A DNA stretch of 32,814 nucleotides from Fidelibacterota bacterium. GTDB lineage: Bacteria; Fidelibacterota; UBA2242. Below are positions 10,271 through 20,598 of the stretch, piece by piece; positions within the stretch are counted from its first letter, which is position 1; every line of letters begins with the position of its first letter. Where the stretch lies: the NCBI GenBank assembly GCA_049975265.1, contig JBNGDF010000015.1, forward strand, positions 1 through 32,814. Reading direction: 5' to 3'. The translations under genes and the position numbers were made by a program. The notes below the pieces were generated by a model that did no database searches, was not told the DNA's origin, and saw only the letters and a program-made list of their open reading frames with translations.

Positions 10271-10284
10271 TATTCACCTCCCAA

Positions 10285-13200
10285 CTATTTAAGGTATATC
10301 ATTTTTTCGGTTGCCTGAAAATCACTACAGATCATCCGATAAAAATAGACCCCTGATGGCAGCAACCTATTATCATCAGATAATCCATTCCATTCAACAG
10401 AATGATAGCCGGCATTTTGGACACCTTGATAAAGAGTTTTGACCTGACGTCCCATCAAATCAAAAATTAATATCCGGACATCACTTTTAACAGGCAACTG
10501 ATAACGAATACTCGTCGAGGAATTGAAAGGATTGGGATAATTCTGTGCTAATGCGAAGGTATTCGGTATCCCCTTTTCAATCTCATTTAATACTTCCCGT
10601 TTCGCTAAAATTACCTGAATACTACCTAGTTTATCCGTTTCAAATATTACATCACTCGCAACATCCTCATTCAATAGACTGATTGGTTTCAATTCATTCT
10701 TTTCAATTGTAAATACGACCGGAATTTTATCGTCAGTGCTACTCCATTCATGGTCTTTCAATTGCATCCTGATCTTAACCGGTTTTGCCGGGTGCAGATC
10801 TCCACTGTTGATATAGAGAATATCGGTCAAAGTCCGCCCCAATTCATAATGCGATTGACTTCGACCCGCCAGGTTTCCGGATGTAACAAAAGCGGCAATG
10901 GATTGTTCTCTTGAAAATGAACCCTCTTGGAACGTAATATTTGCCTGTCCTTTGTTCAATGCTATTTGAGCATATCCGGTCTTAGTGGTTTTTGCGAGAA
11001 CTCCGTTAGCGGTCGTCGAGGATTTTACGCTATTTATGTTTTCACCGACCAGTTCCACGTTTACTTCTGATCCCGCTTCAGCGATTTCAGAGATGTCTAA
11101 AACTAATGAATAAACATAGTTGTTAATCTCCGCATCAATAAAAAACTGCTGAAGATTCAAGTCTGTAGTATCGCTATTGGTAATCAATTCTCCCACCGGT
11201 CCCTCTAAATCAGCCGTTCCGTTTCCATCGGAATCATATAGTTTGGCTTTACCGGCGTCATCAAACATCTGGTTATCCGAAAAACAAAAGATATTCAGAT
11301 AATCGGGAGCACCTGCATTAAAATTAAAGCCCAGGGAAAACTCTCCAGCTGGCGTTTCTTTATCATTCAGCAAAAAGGAGGTGCCGCCAGCATCAGGAGT
11401 TTCATGCGCAGTTATCAAGAAATAGAGCTCCTGATATTCGGAATTGGCGTTCCCAAAATATTCCGATACATCCCATTTGCACACCTGATCTTCATTCAAA
11501 GTCAACACACTATCAATGTAGTCATCATCTTTTAGCATTGCTGCCTTGAAGTCAAAAGAGGCTTCATCCTCACCGTTAAATACAATTAATTTACTGAAAT
11601 TGGGACAGCGGCTGACGCCACCAGAATAACCGGTAGTTTTATAAAAAATAAAACTCCAGGCAATCTGAGGAACCATAAAAGGTGAATCGGTGTTCGGACT
11701 GAATCCCCATTCCAGTACCCGGCTTGATTTACCAACGTTAATATTCGGGAATGTGTATTTGACGGGAATATCCGGATAGTTTAATCCGTCATAAAAGACA
11801 GCAGCGGAATAATCACTAAAGACCTCTTTGAAATCCGGACCGCCAATATCACTGAGAGCAGAATCGATTCCCTCAATTCCAGTCTCTTCCCATGCGACCA
11901 ACGCGCTCATTTTTGCTGCATCGTTGAAATAATGGCAATACAGATAATCAAAGAATGTAAAACAATAGTCGTAATCTACAACAGTAGGAGAAATATCACC
12001 AACGGCTAACAGGCTGTTATTATTATTTAAATTGTATTGATAAACCGTATCTTTTAATCCGACAACCAGTTCACCCAATTCCGCTAAGCCTCGATAAACC
12101 CACTCTTCCTCAGCAACCGGTTTCGATTGAATGATTTCAACCGTCAATGCATTGGTAACCGCTGCCCAGGCACTTGGGGATAATAAATCCAGAGGATCGG
12201 AATCAATATAGATTATATCCATTTCATTAGAATTAATGTTATCGCTCTTGGATAACTGATCAACGGGATTAAAGAAACCGTCAATAAAGCTGACGCCATC
12301 ACCTGCATTTAAATAATAATAATCATCCAGATCGACGATCAGGCAATACTGCTTGGCATCATTGTCCACATCCGGCAGTTCGCCAAACCAGTCTTCCAAA
12401 ACTGATTGGACCTGTAAACTATCAAAGGCTTTCGATAAGTATTCAACTTTCTCCGGTAACACAGCCCGGTGACCCAAACCCAGGTTAAGGTTTGTCCATT
12501 CACCGGTACCGGCTTCTTTGCGGATCAGACCACCCATGTGACAACCAACATACATATTGTCATTGCTATCAAACTCAACTGTCCTTACATCATAATTTAT
12601 CGAACCTCCTTCTGTAGAACCTTCCGTCAACAACCCTGTTTCCTTGGTCCAGGTGGTCAGATCATTCATATTCGCACTAAACAGACCGTTGGCTGTAGCA
12701 ATATACATTTTGCCGGAATGACAGACAATATCATTTATTCCGGTTTCGGCATCATAAACAAGTTCACTGCTGTCGGCGTCCAGTTTGTATATCTCTGTCC
12801 CGACAACATAATACAGTACCCCGTTATCATCTTTAACCAGTTTTGAGATACTGATATTGGATGGCTGAAAAACTTCAACCGACGACGACGCTACATAAGT
12901 TGAATAGTCTAAAGTTGCCGGATCAAAAACCTCTTCATCGCTGAAATAGAGGTTCTCATCGTTGATAACAACAATCAGGCTGTCTCCACTCTTTTCAACT
13001 TTACAACGCCAATATAAGGATTTGGACTTGTCAACTACATTTACATATGTATTCATAGTGACACCGTCCAGCACGATAACCAATACAGAATCATAGGCGC
13101 TTGAAGTAACCGTCACGTCAGCGCCACCGATTGGGACCCAGGAGACCATATTGTCATCCATATTTATGGTACCTTTATAGAGCCCCAGTTCAGTTGCGAT

Positions 13201-13929
13201 ATATCCCTGATCATCATCTTTAATAAAATCGTAAACCGCCAAATGCTCCCAATCACTTACGGTTTGAGGAAGTCCGGTTCCCATATCGATAAATTTAGAA
13301 CTACTCCAATAAAAGAGACCTGCCTGTGAACAAGCCCAGTAATCTCTATTAGTCTCATAATCGGTCACCTGATCATCCAACATCATACGGTAGAATGGCG
13401 GGAAAACACCCTCTCCATTCTCATCAACATAGTTGGGTAATCCGCGGGTCTTTTTTGACCATGATTCACCACCATCTTTGGTTTGATAGACACCACTCTC
13501 AGCACCAGTCCACCACTCACTCTCTTTCATATAAAAAGAAACGAGACACGGAGCCCTGTGGGCATCGGCGTTTGCTGCGCTACCACCATTGTAGTCGGGT
13601 TCCAGCATTTTGCTTCCGGTTCCACTGGCAAATTGCCAGCTCACACCGGCATCCTCGCTGACATATATTCCTGTACTGGTAGCGATCAAGAGATGATTCG
13701 GATCAACGGGTGATATACTTACGTCATTGACTTGAACATCTTCAGTAAAAATATAGTAGGATGTCCCGATTTTCTGGCAAGTTGCCGTGATCGGATAATA
13801 TCCCTCAAAAAAGCCCTGTCCAAGAACATTGAACACCTGTGTATGACCTTCAGTCGGAGCTACTATTTCCGAATGAAGAGGAATGATCAACCAGATACAT
13901 AGCAGTGAGAGTATCATATATTTTTTCAT
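10285..13929 (-). CDS. Secreted BNR/Asp-box beta-propeller plus M30/neutral-zinc-metallopeptidase-like domain (HEXXH absent), with T9SS CTD
   Basis: ATG at 13929 (MKKYMIL) with GGAGGA RBS. Asp-boxes SEDAGVSW and TKDGGESW. Peptidase-like motifs FGELPDVDND, GFFNPVD, SNEMDIIYID and WVYRGLAELGE. CTD QNYPNPFN...KMIYLK. Confidence 0.75.
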   Translation of the reverse strand: MKKYMILSLLCIWLIIPLHSEIVAPTEGHTQVFNVLGQGFFEGYYPITATCQKIGTSYYIFTEDVQVNDVSISPVDPNHLLIATSTGIYVSEDAGVSWQFASGTGSKMLEPDYNGGSAANADAHRAPCLVSFYMKESEWWTGAESGVYQTKDGGESWSKKTRGLPNYVDENGEGVFPPFYRMMLDDQVTDYETNRDYWACSQAGLFYWSSSKFIDMGTGLPQTVSDWEHLAVYDFIKDDDQGYIATELGLYKGTINMDDNMVSWVPIGGADVTVTSSAYDSVLVIVLDGVTMNTYVNVVDKSKSLYWRCKVEKSGDSLIVVINDENLYFSDEEVFDPATLDYSTYVASSSVEVFQPSNISISKLVKDDNGVLYYVVGTEIYKLDADSSELVYDAETGINDIVCHSGKMYIATANGLFSANMNDLTTWTKETGLLTEGSTEGGSINYDVRTVEFDSNDNMYVGCHMGGLIRKEAGTGEWTNLNLGLGHRAVLPEKVEYLSKAFDSLQVQSVLEDWFGELPDVDNDAKQYCLIVDLDDYYYLNAGDGVSFIDGFFNPVDQLSKSDNINSNEMDIIYIDSDPLDLLSPSAWAAVTNALTVEIIQSKPVAEEEWVYRGLAELGELVVGLKDTVYQYNLNNNNSLLAVGDISPTVVDYDYCFTFFDYLYCHYFNDAAKMSALVAWEETGIEGIDSALSDIGGPDFKEVFSDYSAAVFYDGLNYPDIPVKYTFPNINVGKSSRVLEWGFSPNTDSPFMVPQIAWSFIFYKTTGYSGGVSRCPNFSKLIVFNGEDEASFDFKAAMLKDDDYIDSVLTLNEDQVCKWDVSEYFGNANSEYQELYFLITAHETPDAGGTSFLLNDKETPAGEFSLGFNFNAGAPDYLNIFCFSDNQMFDDAGKAKLYDSDGNGTADLEGPVGELITNSDTTDLNLQQFFIDAEINNYVYSLVLDISEIAEAGSEVNVELVGENINSVKSSTTANGVLAKTTKTGYAQIALNKGQANITFQEGSFSREQSIAAFVTSGNLAGRSQSHYELGRTLTDILYINSGDLHPAKPVKIRMQLKDHEWSSTDDKIPVVFTIEKNELKPISLLNEDVASDVIFETDKLGSIQVILAKREVLNEIEKGIPNTFALAQNYPNPFNSSTSIRYQLPVKSDVRILIFDLMGRQVKTLYQGVQNAGYHSVEWNGLSDDNRLLPSGVYFYRMICSDFQATEKMIYLK

Positions 13930-13947
13930 CTGTATCCTCCTCAATCC

Positions 13948-15066
13948 TTATAAATTAAATGCCACAGAGATGTTGGTTACAGGGTCCAGAATATCATATT
14001 CTGTCATGGCGACATTCAATCGCAAACCTTTCCAGTTTACTCCTGCACCGAAAGACAATCTCCGCAAGTCCTGCCCCTGCATCGTGGACTCATATATTGC
14101 GGTACCATCGTCTTCAAAGCCGGTCAAACGGTCATATTGACCGATAGAGTATCCGGCTCTGATAGCCAATATTCCCATAAACCAGTATTCTGCTGCTAAA
14201 TTAAAGCGTTGGATATTATCATTAGGTTGTGTGATTACCGTTGAAATACTTAGTTTGTGCATGTCTGTATTTATCGGATCAAAAGCAATTCCAAACTGGA
14301 ACGACAATGGCATATGATAAGGTCGGAATTTACGCTCCTCCGGCACTTCCACAATCATATAACTGGTAGGATCGTCTGGATCAGGTACCTGTACTTCGGT
14401 TTTAATGGTGTCGCCTAATTCCCAGTCGGTATAAGTTCCACCGGGTTGGATTTCCGTACCGAAATTTTTAATCATGACACCAAATCGTATCGTTTTTATT
14501 TTTGTATCGTAAAAAGTGCCGATATCTACCGCCCAGGCACCCCCTTTGGCAAAATCGGAGGACATACCAGCCAGACCGGATACAAGGCTTTCAGAAACAT
14601 ATTTCGCATTGATACCAAAGGTAAATTGATTCGTAAGCCAGCGGGCGTAACTGAGACCAAATACTGTCCCAGTCGAAGTGAATGTATTTCCGGTTCCCTG
14701 CTGCTGATCAAATGTAGTCTCTTCGATTTCTCCCGAATTCATATGGGATAAAAAGGCGCCGATGATACCTGGAGATCCCAGATTCCAAGCCGCAGACATG
14801 GCATTAAACTGAACATCAGCCAGCCAACTGACATTAGAAAGAAATATACTTCCTCTATCAATTAGTGCTAAATTGGCAGGATTCCAGAATGAAGCCGATG
14901 CATCATCAACCAGCGGTAAGACCGCATCGCCAAGCGCCATTCCACGTGCACCCACATCAATTTTCAAAAATTGAGCGCCGACCAAACCTACCTTTGCGGT
15001 CTGACCAAAGGAGCCTACCGATAATAGCAGGCAAATAATCAATAATAGTATATTATACCGCTTCAT
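13948..15066 (-). CDS. porV: PorV/PorQ-family (FadL-like) outer-membrane beta-barrel, T9SS cargo-shuttle-like
   Basis: Motifs AQFLKIDVGARGMALGDA, DASASFWNPANLA, FGINAKYV and AVDIG. Signal peptide and C-terminal beta-strand. Confidence 0.8.
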   Translation of the reverse strand: MKRYNILLLIICLLLSVGSFGQTAKVGLVGAQFLKIDVGARGMALGDAVLPLVDDASASFWNPANLALIDRGSIFLSNVSWLADVQFNAMSAAWNLGSPGIIGAFLSHMNSGEIEETTFDQQQGTGNTFTSTGTVFGLSYARWLTNQFTFGINAKYVSESLVSGLAGMSSDFAKGGAWAVDIGTFYDTKIKTIRFGVMIKNFGTEIQPGGTYTDWELGDTIKTEVQVPDPDDPTSYMIVEVPEERKFRPYHMPLSFQFGIAFDPINTDMHKLSISTVITQPNDNIQRFNLAAEYWFMGILAIRAGYSIGQYDRLTGFEDDGTAIYESTMQGQDLRRLSFGAGVNWKGLRLNVAMTEYDILDPVTNISVAFNL

Positions 15067-15083
15067 AGAAACGCTCCTAACTT

Positions 15084-17423
15084 TTATTCACCACGTAAAA
15101 TTACAAATTTTCCGACCTGTTTCTTGTTTCCGGGTGCTTCAACAACAAATATATACATCCCCGAAACAACATCTTGCTCATTCCGTGAAACCAAATCCCA
15201 GCCTTCATCGGAAGTACCATCCGTATGGTAAATCACATCAATAATATCTCCATAAAGTGTCAGGATTGTTATTTTGCATGACGGAGGTAAATTTGTAAAA
15301 GATATCTTATCTTCATATTTAACTTCAAGAGGCGAACCACCTTTATAAGGATTCGGATAAACCTTTACATTAAGGTCCTCAACAATATCGTCTTTGGCAT
15401 ACACTCTGCGCGGCATAACACCAGTCGGTGAACCAGTTTTAGGATCAACCATAAAATTGACCTTGGCACTCTCAATGGGTGGAAATTCCGGTCTTCCATG
15501 AATAGCAGGATTATCATAGGCGGTAACAACATAGTAATAGGGTAGGTTATTTACCGGTCTGTCGGGTTCAAATAAAACATCTCCATCCTTTGATAAAAAT
15601 GTTGCACCCGTATCAATGAAGCTGTGAACTAAGTCTGGAAGATCTGTATAAATTGTATCACCAGTCGCGTCAGTCAGAGTATCACCGGTCTCAAAATCGA
15701 TTATATAAACCGGTCCCGATACATTGTCAAATGCTGCAATCAACTCCCATTCAGAGGGATTGTATAAAGAACGATAGACTCGGTATCCTTCAAAATCAAT
15801 TGCTCCGATTAATGGGTCAACAGACAACTCAGCACTATTATCCCAGGCTAATTTAACACCCCGGTCAACCGGACTATACTTTAGGACCGGAACTGGCGGA
15901 GGAGCCGGCAGCAGATAATGTACATCCTCAAACGGACCGGTCGGATTGTAGGGATTCCCCCTACTACCGGCATAATAGGCTTTCAGGGCATTATCGGCAT
16001 TTAATCGCAAACCTTCAAGTCCCAAACCGACTATAGCCGCATATACAAAACGGAGAGTATCCCCTACGTAAATCTCGGGAAAAGGTCCGGTGGTAAGCAT
16101 AAATCTGTAGTCAAAAGTCGGCGCACCAATATCAAACGGATGTGGCATGAACATATTCCCCATACTCGATGCATTTGCTCCAATACCGTAATCATATTTA
16201 TCACGATCACTACCGGGGTCCGATTCCCAGTTCCACCACTGATGCGCAAAAACCCTCATCATCGTATCTTCTGGAGCCGTATTGTAGGCACCAATCTTTT
16301 TAAAATAATCTGTATAAATAAGACGACCGCCAATAAAACCAGGCACTTTCCCCCGTTCATTAGTATCATCTTCCGGTGTCGTCGGATCATCTCCATCATA
16401 CATATAGGACATGTTTCTTGGTACAACCCAGCCATGTAACTCTGCGCCACCAACAACGGCAATTTCTCCGGCAACAGCGTTGATTGTTTCACCGGCAATC
16501 GTAATAGTATTCGTGGTATGCCAGCGAATCACTGGTCCATCATCATCCAGCCAGACCGTGTAGCAATCATAAAAACCATCGGCTGATATTAACGTAGGAT
16601 CATAATTCGGTTGATTAAACGACGGACTTCCAACCTTTTGCCATCCGTAAGGAATCCCCCATTCATCGTAACCAAGAATCTCACCATCTCCATCCCAATC
16701 TATATTCTGTACAATATCGGTTTTATATTTTATGTTGGATTCAGGATTGGTGCCGTCCCAGCCGTCAAAAGCAACCAGATCGTCAATATTGGCATCTGTC
16801 GGATCCGCACCGGTACCTACGTCCGCATCAAATACCCAGCTGACGATAAAATCAGTCACCAGGTCACTAAAGGGATCTCCGCCCATTTCCTTGACGACCT
16901 CATATTCATACATAATAAAATCATCATAATCCGAGGTACTCCAAGTCAATCCACGTTGATATACTTTTATCCCGAGTGGGTCAGTATCGTGAAGATCAAC
17001 CCTGAAATCATCATATATTACATAACTATCTTCAACTGATTTCCCCGGTCCCATATAGAAAGACGACCCGTCAGAAGGTTTAAATTCATAGTTACCATAA
17101 TCCGCATGACTAACCCGTTTTTCACCATCAACAATTCCTCCGACCCAGAAACGACCTTCCCAGTTATAGTGAGTTCCACTTCCACCGGGCCATTCATACG
17201 AAGGTAATCCGGCAGGGACATTAGGATCTCCATAATTTCCAAAGTTACTCGTCGCCGACCACACTTTTCCTACTTTATGTACTTTATACTCTTCAGCTGG
17301 ACGGGCAGCGGTTTTCCCTAATTTCTGTTCCCTGACCTCGTGCTTATTACGCCCAAAAAGGAATGCGGAAGATACAGCCAGTACCAAAATAACGATTATG
17401 ATCTTACTCAATCGATTAGGCAT
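15084..17423 (-). CDS. Uncharacterised secreted protein of TBDR-X-PorV gene clusters, with an FN3-like domain and a variant CTD
   Basis: ATG at 17423 with AAGGAG/GGAG upstream, then a signal peptide. N-terminal SNFGNYG...YEWPGGSG..Y....FWVGG. FN3-like PPPVP...VKLAWD...FEGYRVYRS...YYYVVTAYD. C-terminal VYPNPY...ISFTNLP...WDL...SGMYIFVVE. Confidence 0.75.
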   Translation of the reverse strand: MPNRLSKIIIVILVLAVSSAFLFGRNKHEVREQKLGKTAARPAEEYKVHKVGKVWSATSNFGNYGDPNVPAGLPSYEWPGGSGTHYNWEGRFWVGGIVDGEKRVSHADYGNYEFKPSDGSSFYMGPGKSVEDSYVIYDDFRVDLHDTDPLGIKVYQRGLTWSTSDYDDFIMYEYEVVKEMGGDPFSDLVTDFIVSWVFDADVGTGADPTDANIDDLVAFDGWDGTNPESNIKYKTDIVQNIDWDGDGEILGYDEWGIPYGWQKVGSPSFNQPNYDPTLISADGFYDCYTVWLDDDGPVIRWHTTNTITIAGETINAVAGEIAVVGGAELHGWVVPRNMSYMYDGDDPTTPEDDTNERGKVPGFIGGRLIYTDYFKKIGAYNTAPEDTMMRVFAHQWWNWESDPGSDRDKYDYGIGANASSMGNMFMPHPFDIGAPTFDYRFMLTTGPFPEIYVGDTLRFVYAAIVGLGLEGLRLNADNALKAYYAGSRGNPYNPTGPFEDVHYLLPAPPPVPVLKYSPVDRGVKLAWDNSAELSVDPLIGAIDFEGYRVYRSLYNPSEWELIAAFDNVSGPVYIIDFETGDTLTDATGDTIYTDLPDLVHSFIDTGATFLSKDGDVLFEPDRPVNNLPYYYVVTAYDNPAIHGRPEFPPIESAKVNFMVDPKTGSPTGVMPRRVYAKDDIVEDLNVKVYPNPYKGGSPLEVKYEDKISFTNLPPSCKITILTLYGDIIDVIYHTDGTSDEGWDLVSRNEQDVVSGMYIFVVEAPGNKKQVGKFVILRGE

Positions 17424-17472
17424 CTCCAACTCCTTACGAAACTAATGTTAAAATTTTCAAACCTGTATTTCA

Positions 17473-20400
17473 TTAAAATTCAATTGATATACCCAGCCGA
17501 ACTGTTCTTCCTTCGTAATAGCAGTACGGTATTCCCATTGAACCACCGGCGGGATTTTTCTTATTCCAGTCAATCTTACCATCGCCATCTGTATCCATCA
17601 GAGTCATATACTCATCTTTGATTGATTCATCCACAAAGCCGTCTCCGTCATTATCAAAGCCATCATTAGCGAGTTTTCCGGACTCAGCCCCGAAATAACG
17701 TGCGTCACCTTCATCATACTTTTCCTGAATCTGTGTGTAAAGATGATACCACTGAACATCACCGAATCCATCCATGTTGACTTTGTTAATATTCTGATTA
17801 TCAAAGAGATTATTGATCCAGATAAAAGCCGAAGCATAGGTGCGTTCATTTATCTTAAAACGCTTGTTTATCATCAGATTTGCGTTAAAAGTCGCCGGTA
17901 ATCTTTCGGTATTAATCAAAACCTCCAGAGTTCGCGAGGCTGGTGTATAGGGTAGCCCCGACCCGTAAGTCACTGTCATATCCATGTGGGTATCAATATA
18001 AGGAATAATTGACTTCAAGGTGGCGTTAACCGTATGACGTTGATCCCAGTCCAAATAACTCTCATGTTTAGGGATAATCTTTCCCGCCCAGGTCAAATCA
18101 TAGTTCTGTCGCGAAGAAGAACTCTTCCCTTTCGCAATGCTATACGTGTAATTGACACTTCCGCCAAAATATTTACCGGTCCGCTTATAAAAATCTACTT
18201 CAAAACCACGAACATTACCGTAATCAATATTATAGTAATAGGAAAAATAATTCGAGGCAGTATAATAGACCTGACGTATATCGGTCAATCCCTGAATATC
18301 TTTCTGAAATCCCTTGAATTCGAGTCGCATATCCATACCGATTTGATGGCGGACACCCAGTTCAAAAGAGGTCGTAATTTCAGGCTCCAGGTCGGCATTA
18401 CCAACCATGGGAAAAGCACCGGAAAAATCCCAGTTCACATTACGATACAATTTAAAAAATGATGGAATCTGAAAATAGCGTCCATAATTAAAATATAGAA
18501 CATCTTTTTCAGTAATCGGGTGGGCTATACCGAGACGCGGACTCCAATAAAATTTCTTTTGGGCGGTGGTAGGGTCCAGGACTTCACCACCGGTGGCTTC
18601 ATTAACGACCGGATTCTCCAGATCGCTGGGAATATTATCCCAATTTGGATTAAAGAAATCAAAACGTAAACCAAAATTGACAATCATTCCCTGATATTCC
18701 ATTTTATCTTCGGCAAAAGCGGCAAAGAGATACGGACGAATTGCTTTTTGCCCCGGCTGACCACCAAGGTCACTCTTTCCAAGATTCTGACCATAAACAT
18801 TACCTCCCGAAGCAAGGTCTACATCATGATCAAAAATATTGTACCACTCATATTCAAATCCAGCCCGCATTTTGTTATAATTATCAATTTGATTGGTATA
18901 GGTCGTTTTGAATGTCCGGGTAATTTTTTCATCCTCGTTCCATCTTAACCGAAAATAGGTAAATCCCTGACCATACATATAGTATTTATCGCCATCCTGC
19001 GCGTTACCAAAAGGAACTTCTGCCCATTTCATCCATTTACTGGGATCATCTCCAATTTCAGAGGCGTCTATGTAATCGTTATTATTTTCATCCACAAAGA
19101 GATCGGTCCCGTATTCATCAAGGATACCATTCCCGTTCAGGTCTTCGCCAAGATCCAGGACACCATTCATATTCACATCTTCATTGATGGTTTCGTTGAC
19201 ATTGTATTTCATATAGGTCTTAAACTGACTAGCCTGGATTTCAAAATAGGATTTTGTATCAATATTATGAGTCCATTTTAACTGAAATTGAGACTGTCTT
19301 TCATTAAACTCGCGCAGGTGATCTAGCATGTTAAATTTATCATCGGTATCACCATCATAGTTCATGTCAATAACATCCAATTCTTTATTAGAATTGCGAT
19401 CTTCATGACGGTAATCACGATCTCCATCGAGATCAATCAAAACCCATCGCTTTGTAGTCGTATCTCCACCCATTTGATCCAGGAATTCAGCCCAATCGTA
19501 ACCACCATCCTCAGCATATTGGCGTACGTTATTGCTTAAGAGGGTTATTGTTCGATCTAAAGCACCATCCTCGTCAGAATCTTCGTTTTCGTGGGTTACT
19601 TTCGACCATTCATGACGATATTCGTTCCGATTATCGCGGCTACCCATATAGTTGAATACAATTTTGTCTTTTTTACTCGGGCGAAGCGATAGACTACTGC
19701 TGACAGATAAGGCTTTTTGGTTGTTCCCTCCGAATCGCCCGTCATCATCGGTATATTCACCGGCAATAAAGAAACGAGAACCCCAGATTTCTCCAGGAAC
19801 CGGTCCTCCAAAAGAAAATTCAACATTCTGTAAGGCATGTTTATCAAAAGGTTCGAAACCAACTACATCACTGGTTCTATACCGTATCTGTCCTGAATAG
19901 TTCGAGCCGCCTTCTTTGGTTATAACATCCACAACACCAGATTGTGCATTGCCATACTCGGCGCTGAATCCTCCGGTTGTCACATTGACTTCTGCAATTG
20001 ATAATTTCGGAATATTGATTTCAACCTCCGAAGCACCCAAATCACCTTGTCCCATGGGATCAGTTACCGGCATACCGTTTACCAGATATTTCACCTCGTC
20101 CATCCTGCCGCCCCGGGCATGACCATCCACAAAGCCAGCGGTCATTCCAACAATATTTTGGATGTTACCAACCGGAATTGTTTGAATCTCTTCCGCTGTT
20201 CTGATATTGCGGCTGGAAGTTAAATCCTGTTGAATTAGAGGACGTGTTGCTTCGACAACAACCGTCTCTCCCTCGATAACCTCTACCTCAAGCGAGAAAT
20301 CACAACGGGTAGTAAGGTCTGCATTAATAACCAAATTCTGTTTTATATAAGTTTTGTATCCGATAACCTGGCATTTTACGGTATAAGTCCCGGGTGGGAC

Positions 20401-20598
20401 ATTGAGAATAAAATAATTTCCATCGATATCCGATGCGGAACCAAAATAGGTCCCCTCAACAATTATATTAGCACCAGCAATCGGCTCTCCAGTTTTTTGA
20501 TCTGTAACCTTCCCCGTTATCTTACCTGTACTGGCTGCAAAAACTGTGCTGCCCACTACAACCAAAAAACTTAAAATGATAAATAGCACCTTCTTCAT
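17473..20598 (-). CDS. TonB-dependent receptor with N-terminal carboxypeptidase-regulatory-like domain and Ca-binding-type loop inserts
   Basis: ATG at 20598 (MKKVLF) with AAGGAG. N-terminal TGKITGKVTD..TGEP..GANI. Plug motifs HARGG and TGGFSAEYGNAQSGVV. Barrel motifs SPRLG and GNADLEPE. Ends in terminal Phe (LGISIEF). Confidence 0.92.
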   Translation of the reverse strand: MKKVLFIILSFLVVVGSTVFAASTGKITGKVTDQKTGEPIAGANIIVEGTYFGSASDIDGNYFILNVPPGTYTVKCQVIGYKTYIKQNLVINADLTTRCDFSLEVEVIEGETVVVEATRPLIQQDLTSSRNIRTAEEIQTIPVGNIQNIVGMTAGFVDGHARGGRMDEVKYLVNGMPVTDPMGQGDLGASEVEINIPKLSIAEVNVTTGGFSAEYGNAQSGVVDVITKEGGSNYSGQIRYRTSDVVGFEPFDKHALQNVEFSFGGPVPGEIWGSRFFIAGEYTDDDGRFGGNNQKALSVSSSLSLRPSKKDKIVFNYMGSRDNRNEYRHEWSKVTHENEDSDEDGALDRTITLLSNNVRQYAEDGGYDWAEFLDQMGGDTTTKRWVLIDLDGDRDYRHEDRNSNKELDVIDMNYDGDTDDKFNMLDHLREFNERQSQFQLKWTHNIDTKSYFEIQASQFKTYMKYNVNETINEDVNMNGVLDLGEDLNGNGILDEYGTDLFVDENNNDYIDASEIGDDPSKWMKWAEVPFGNAQDGDKYYMYGQGFTYFRLRWNEDEKITRTFKTTYTNQIDNYNKMRAGFEYEWYNIFDHDVDLASGGNVYGQNLGKSDLGGQPGQKAIRPYLFAAFAEDKMEYQGMIVNFGLRFDFFNPNWDNIPSDLENPVVNEATGGEVLDPTTAQKKFYWSPRLGIAHPITEKDVLYFNYGRYFQIPSFFKLYRNVNWDFSGAFPMVGNADLEPEITTSFELGVRHQIGMDMRLEFKGFQKDIQGLTDIRQVYYTASNYFSYYYNIDYGNVRGFEVDFYKRTGKYFGGSVNYTYSIAKGKSSSSRQNYDLTWAGKIIPKHESYLDWDQRHTVNATLKSIIPYIDTHMDMTVTYGSGLPYTPASRTLEVLINTERLPATFNANLMINKRFKINERTYASAFIWINNLFDNQNINKVNMDGFGDVQWYHLYTQIQEKYDEGDARYFGAESGKLANDGFDNDGDGFVDESIKDEYMTLMDTDGDGKIDWNKKNPAGGSMGIPYCYYEGRTVRLGISIEF

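Noticed and set aside
17560..19600. Dockerin domains in the TBDR pairing with the cohesin-like protein
   Set aside because: The acidic loops lack the duplicated Ca-loop-plus-helix dockerin pattern and are better described as generic Dx[DN]xDG motifs.
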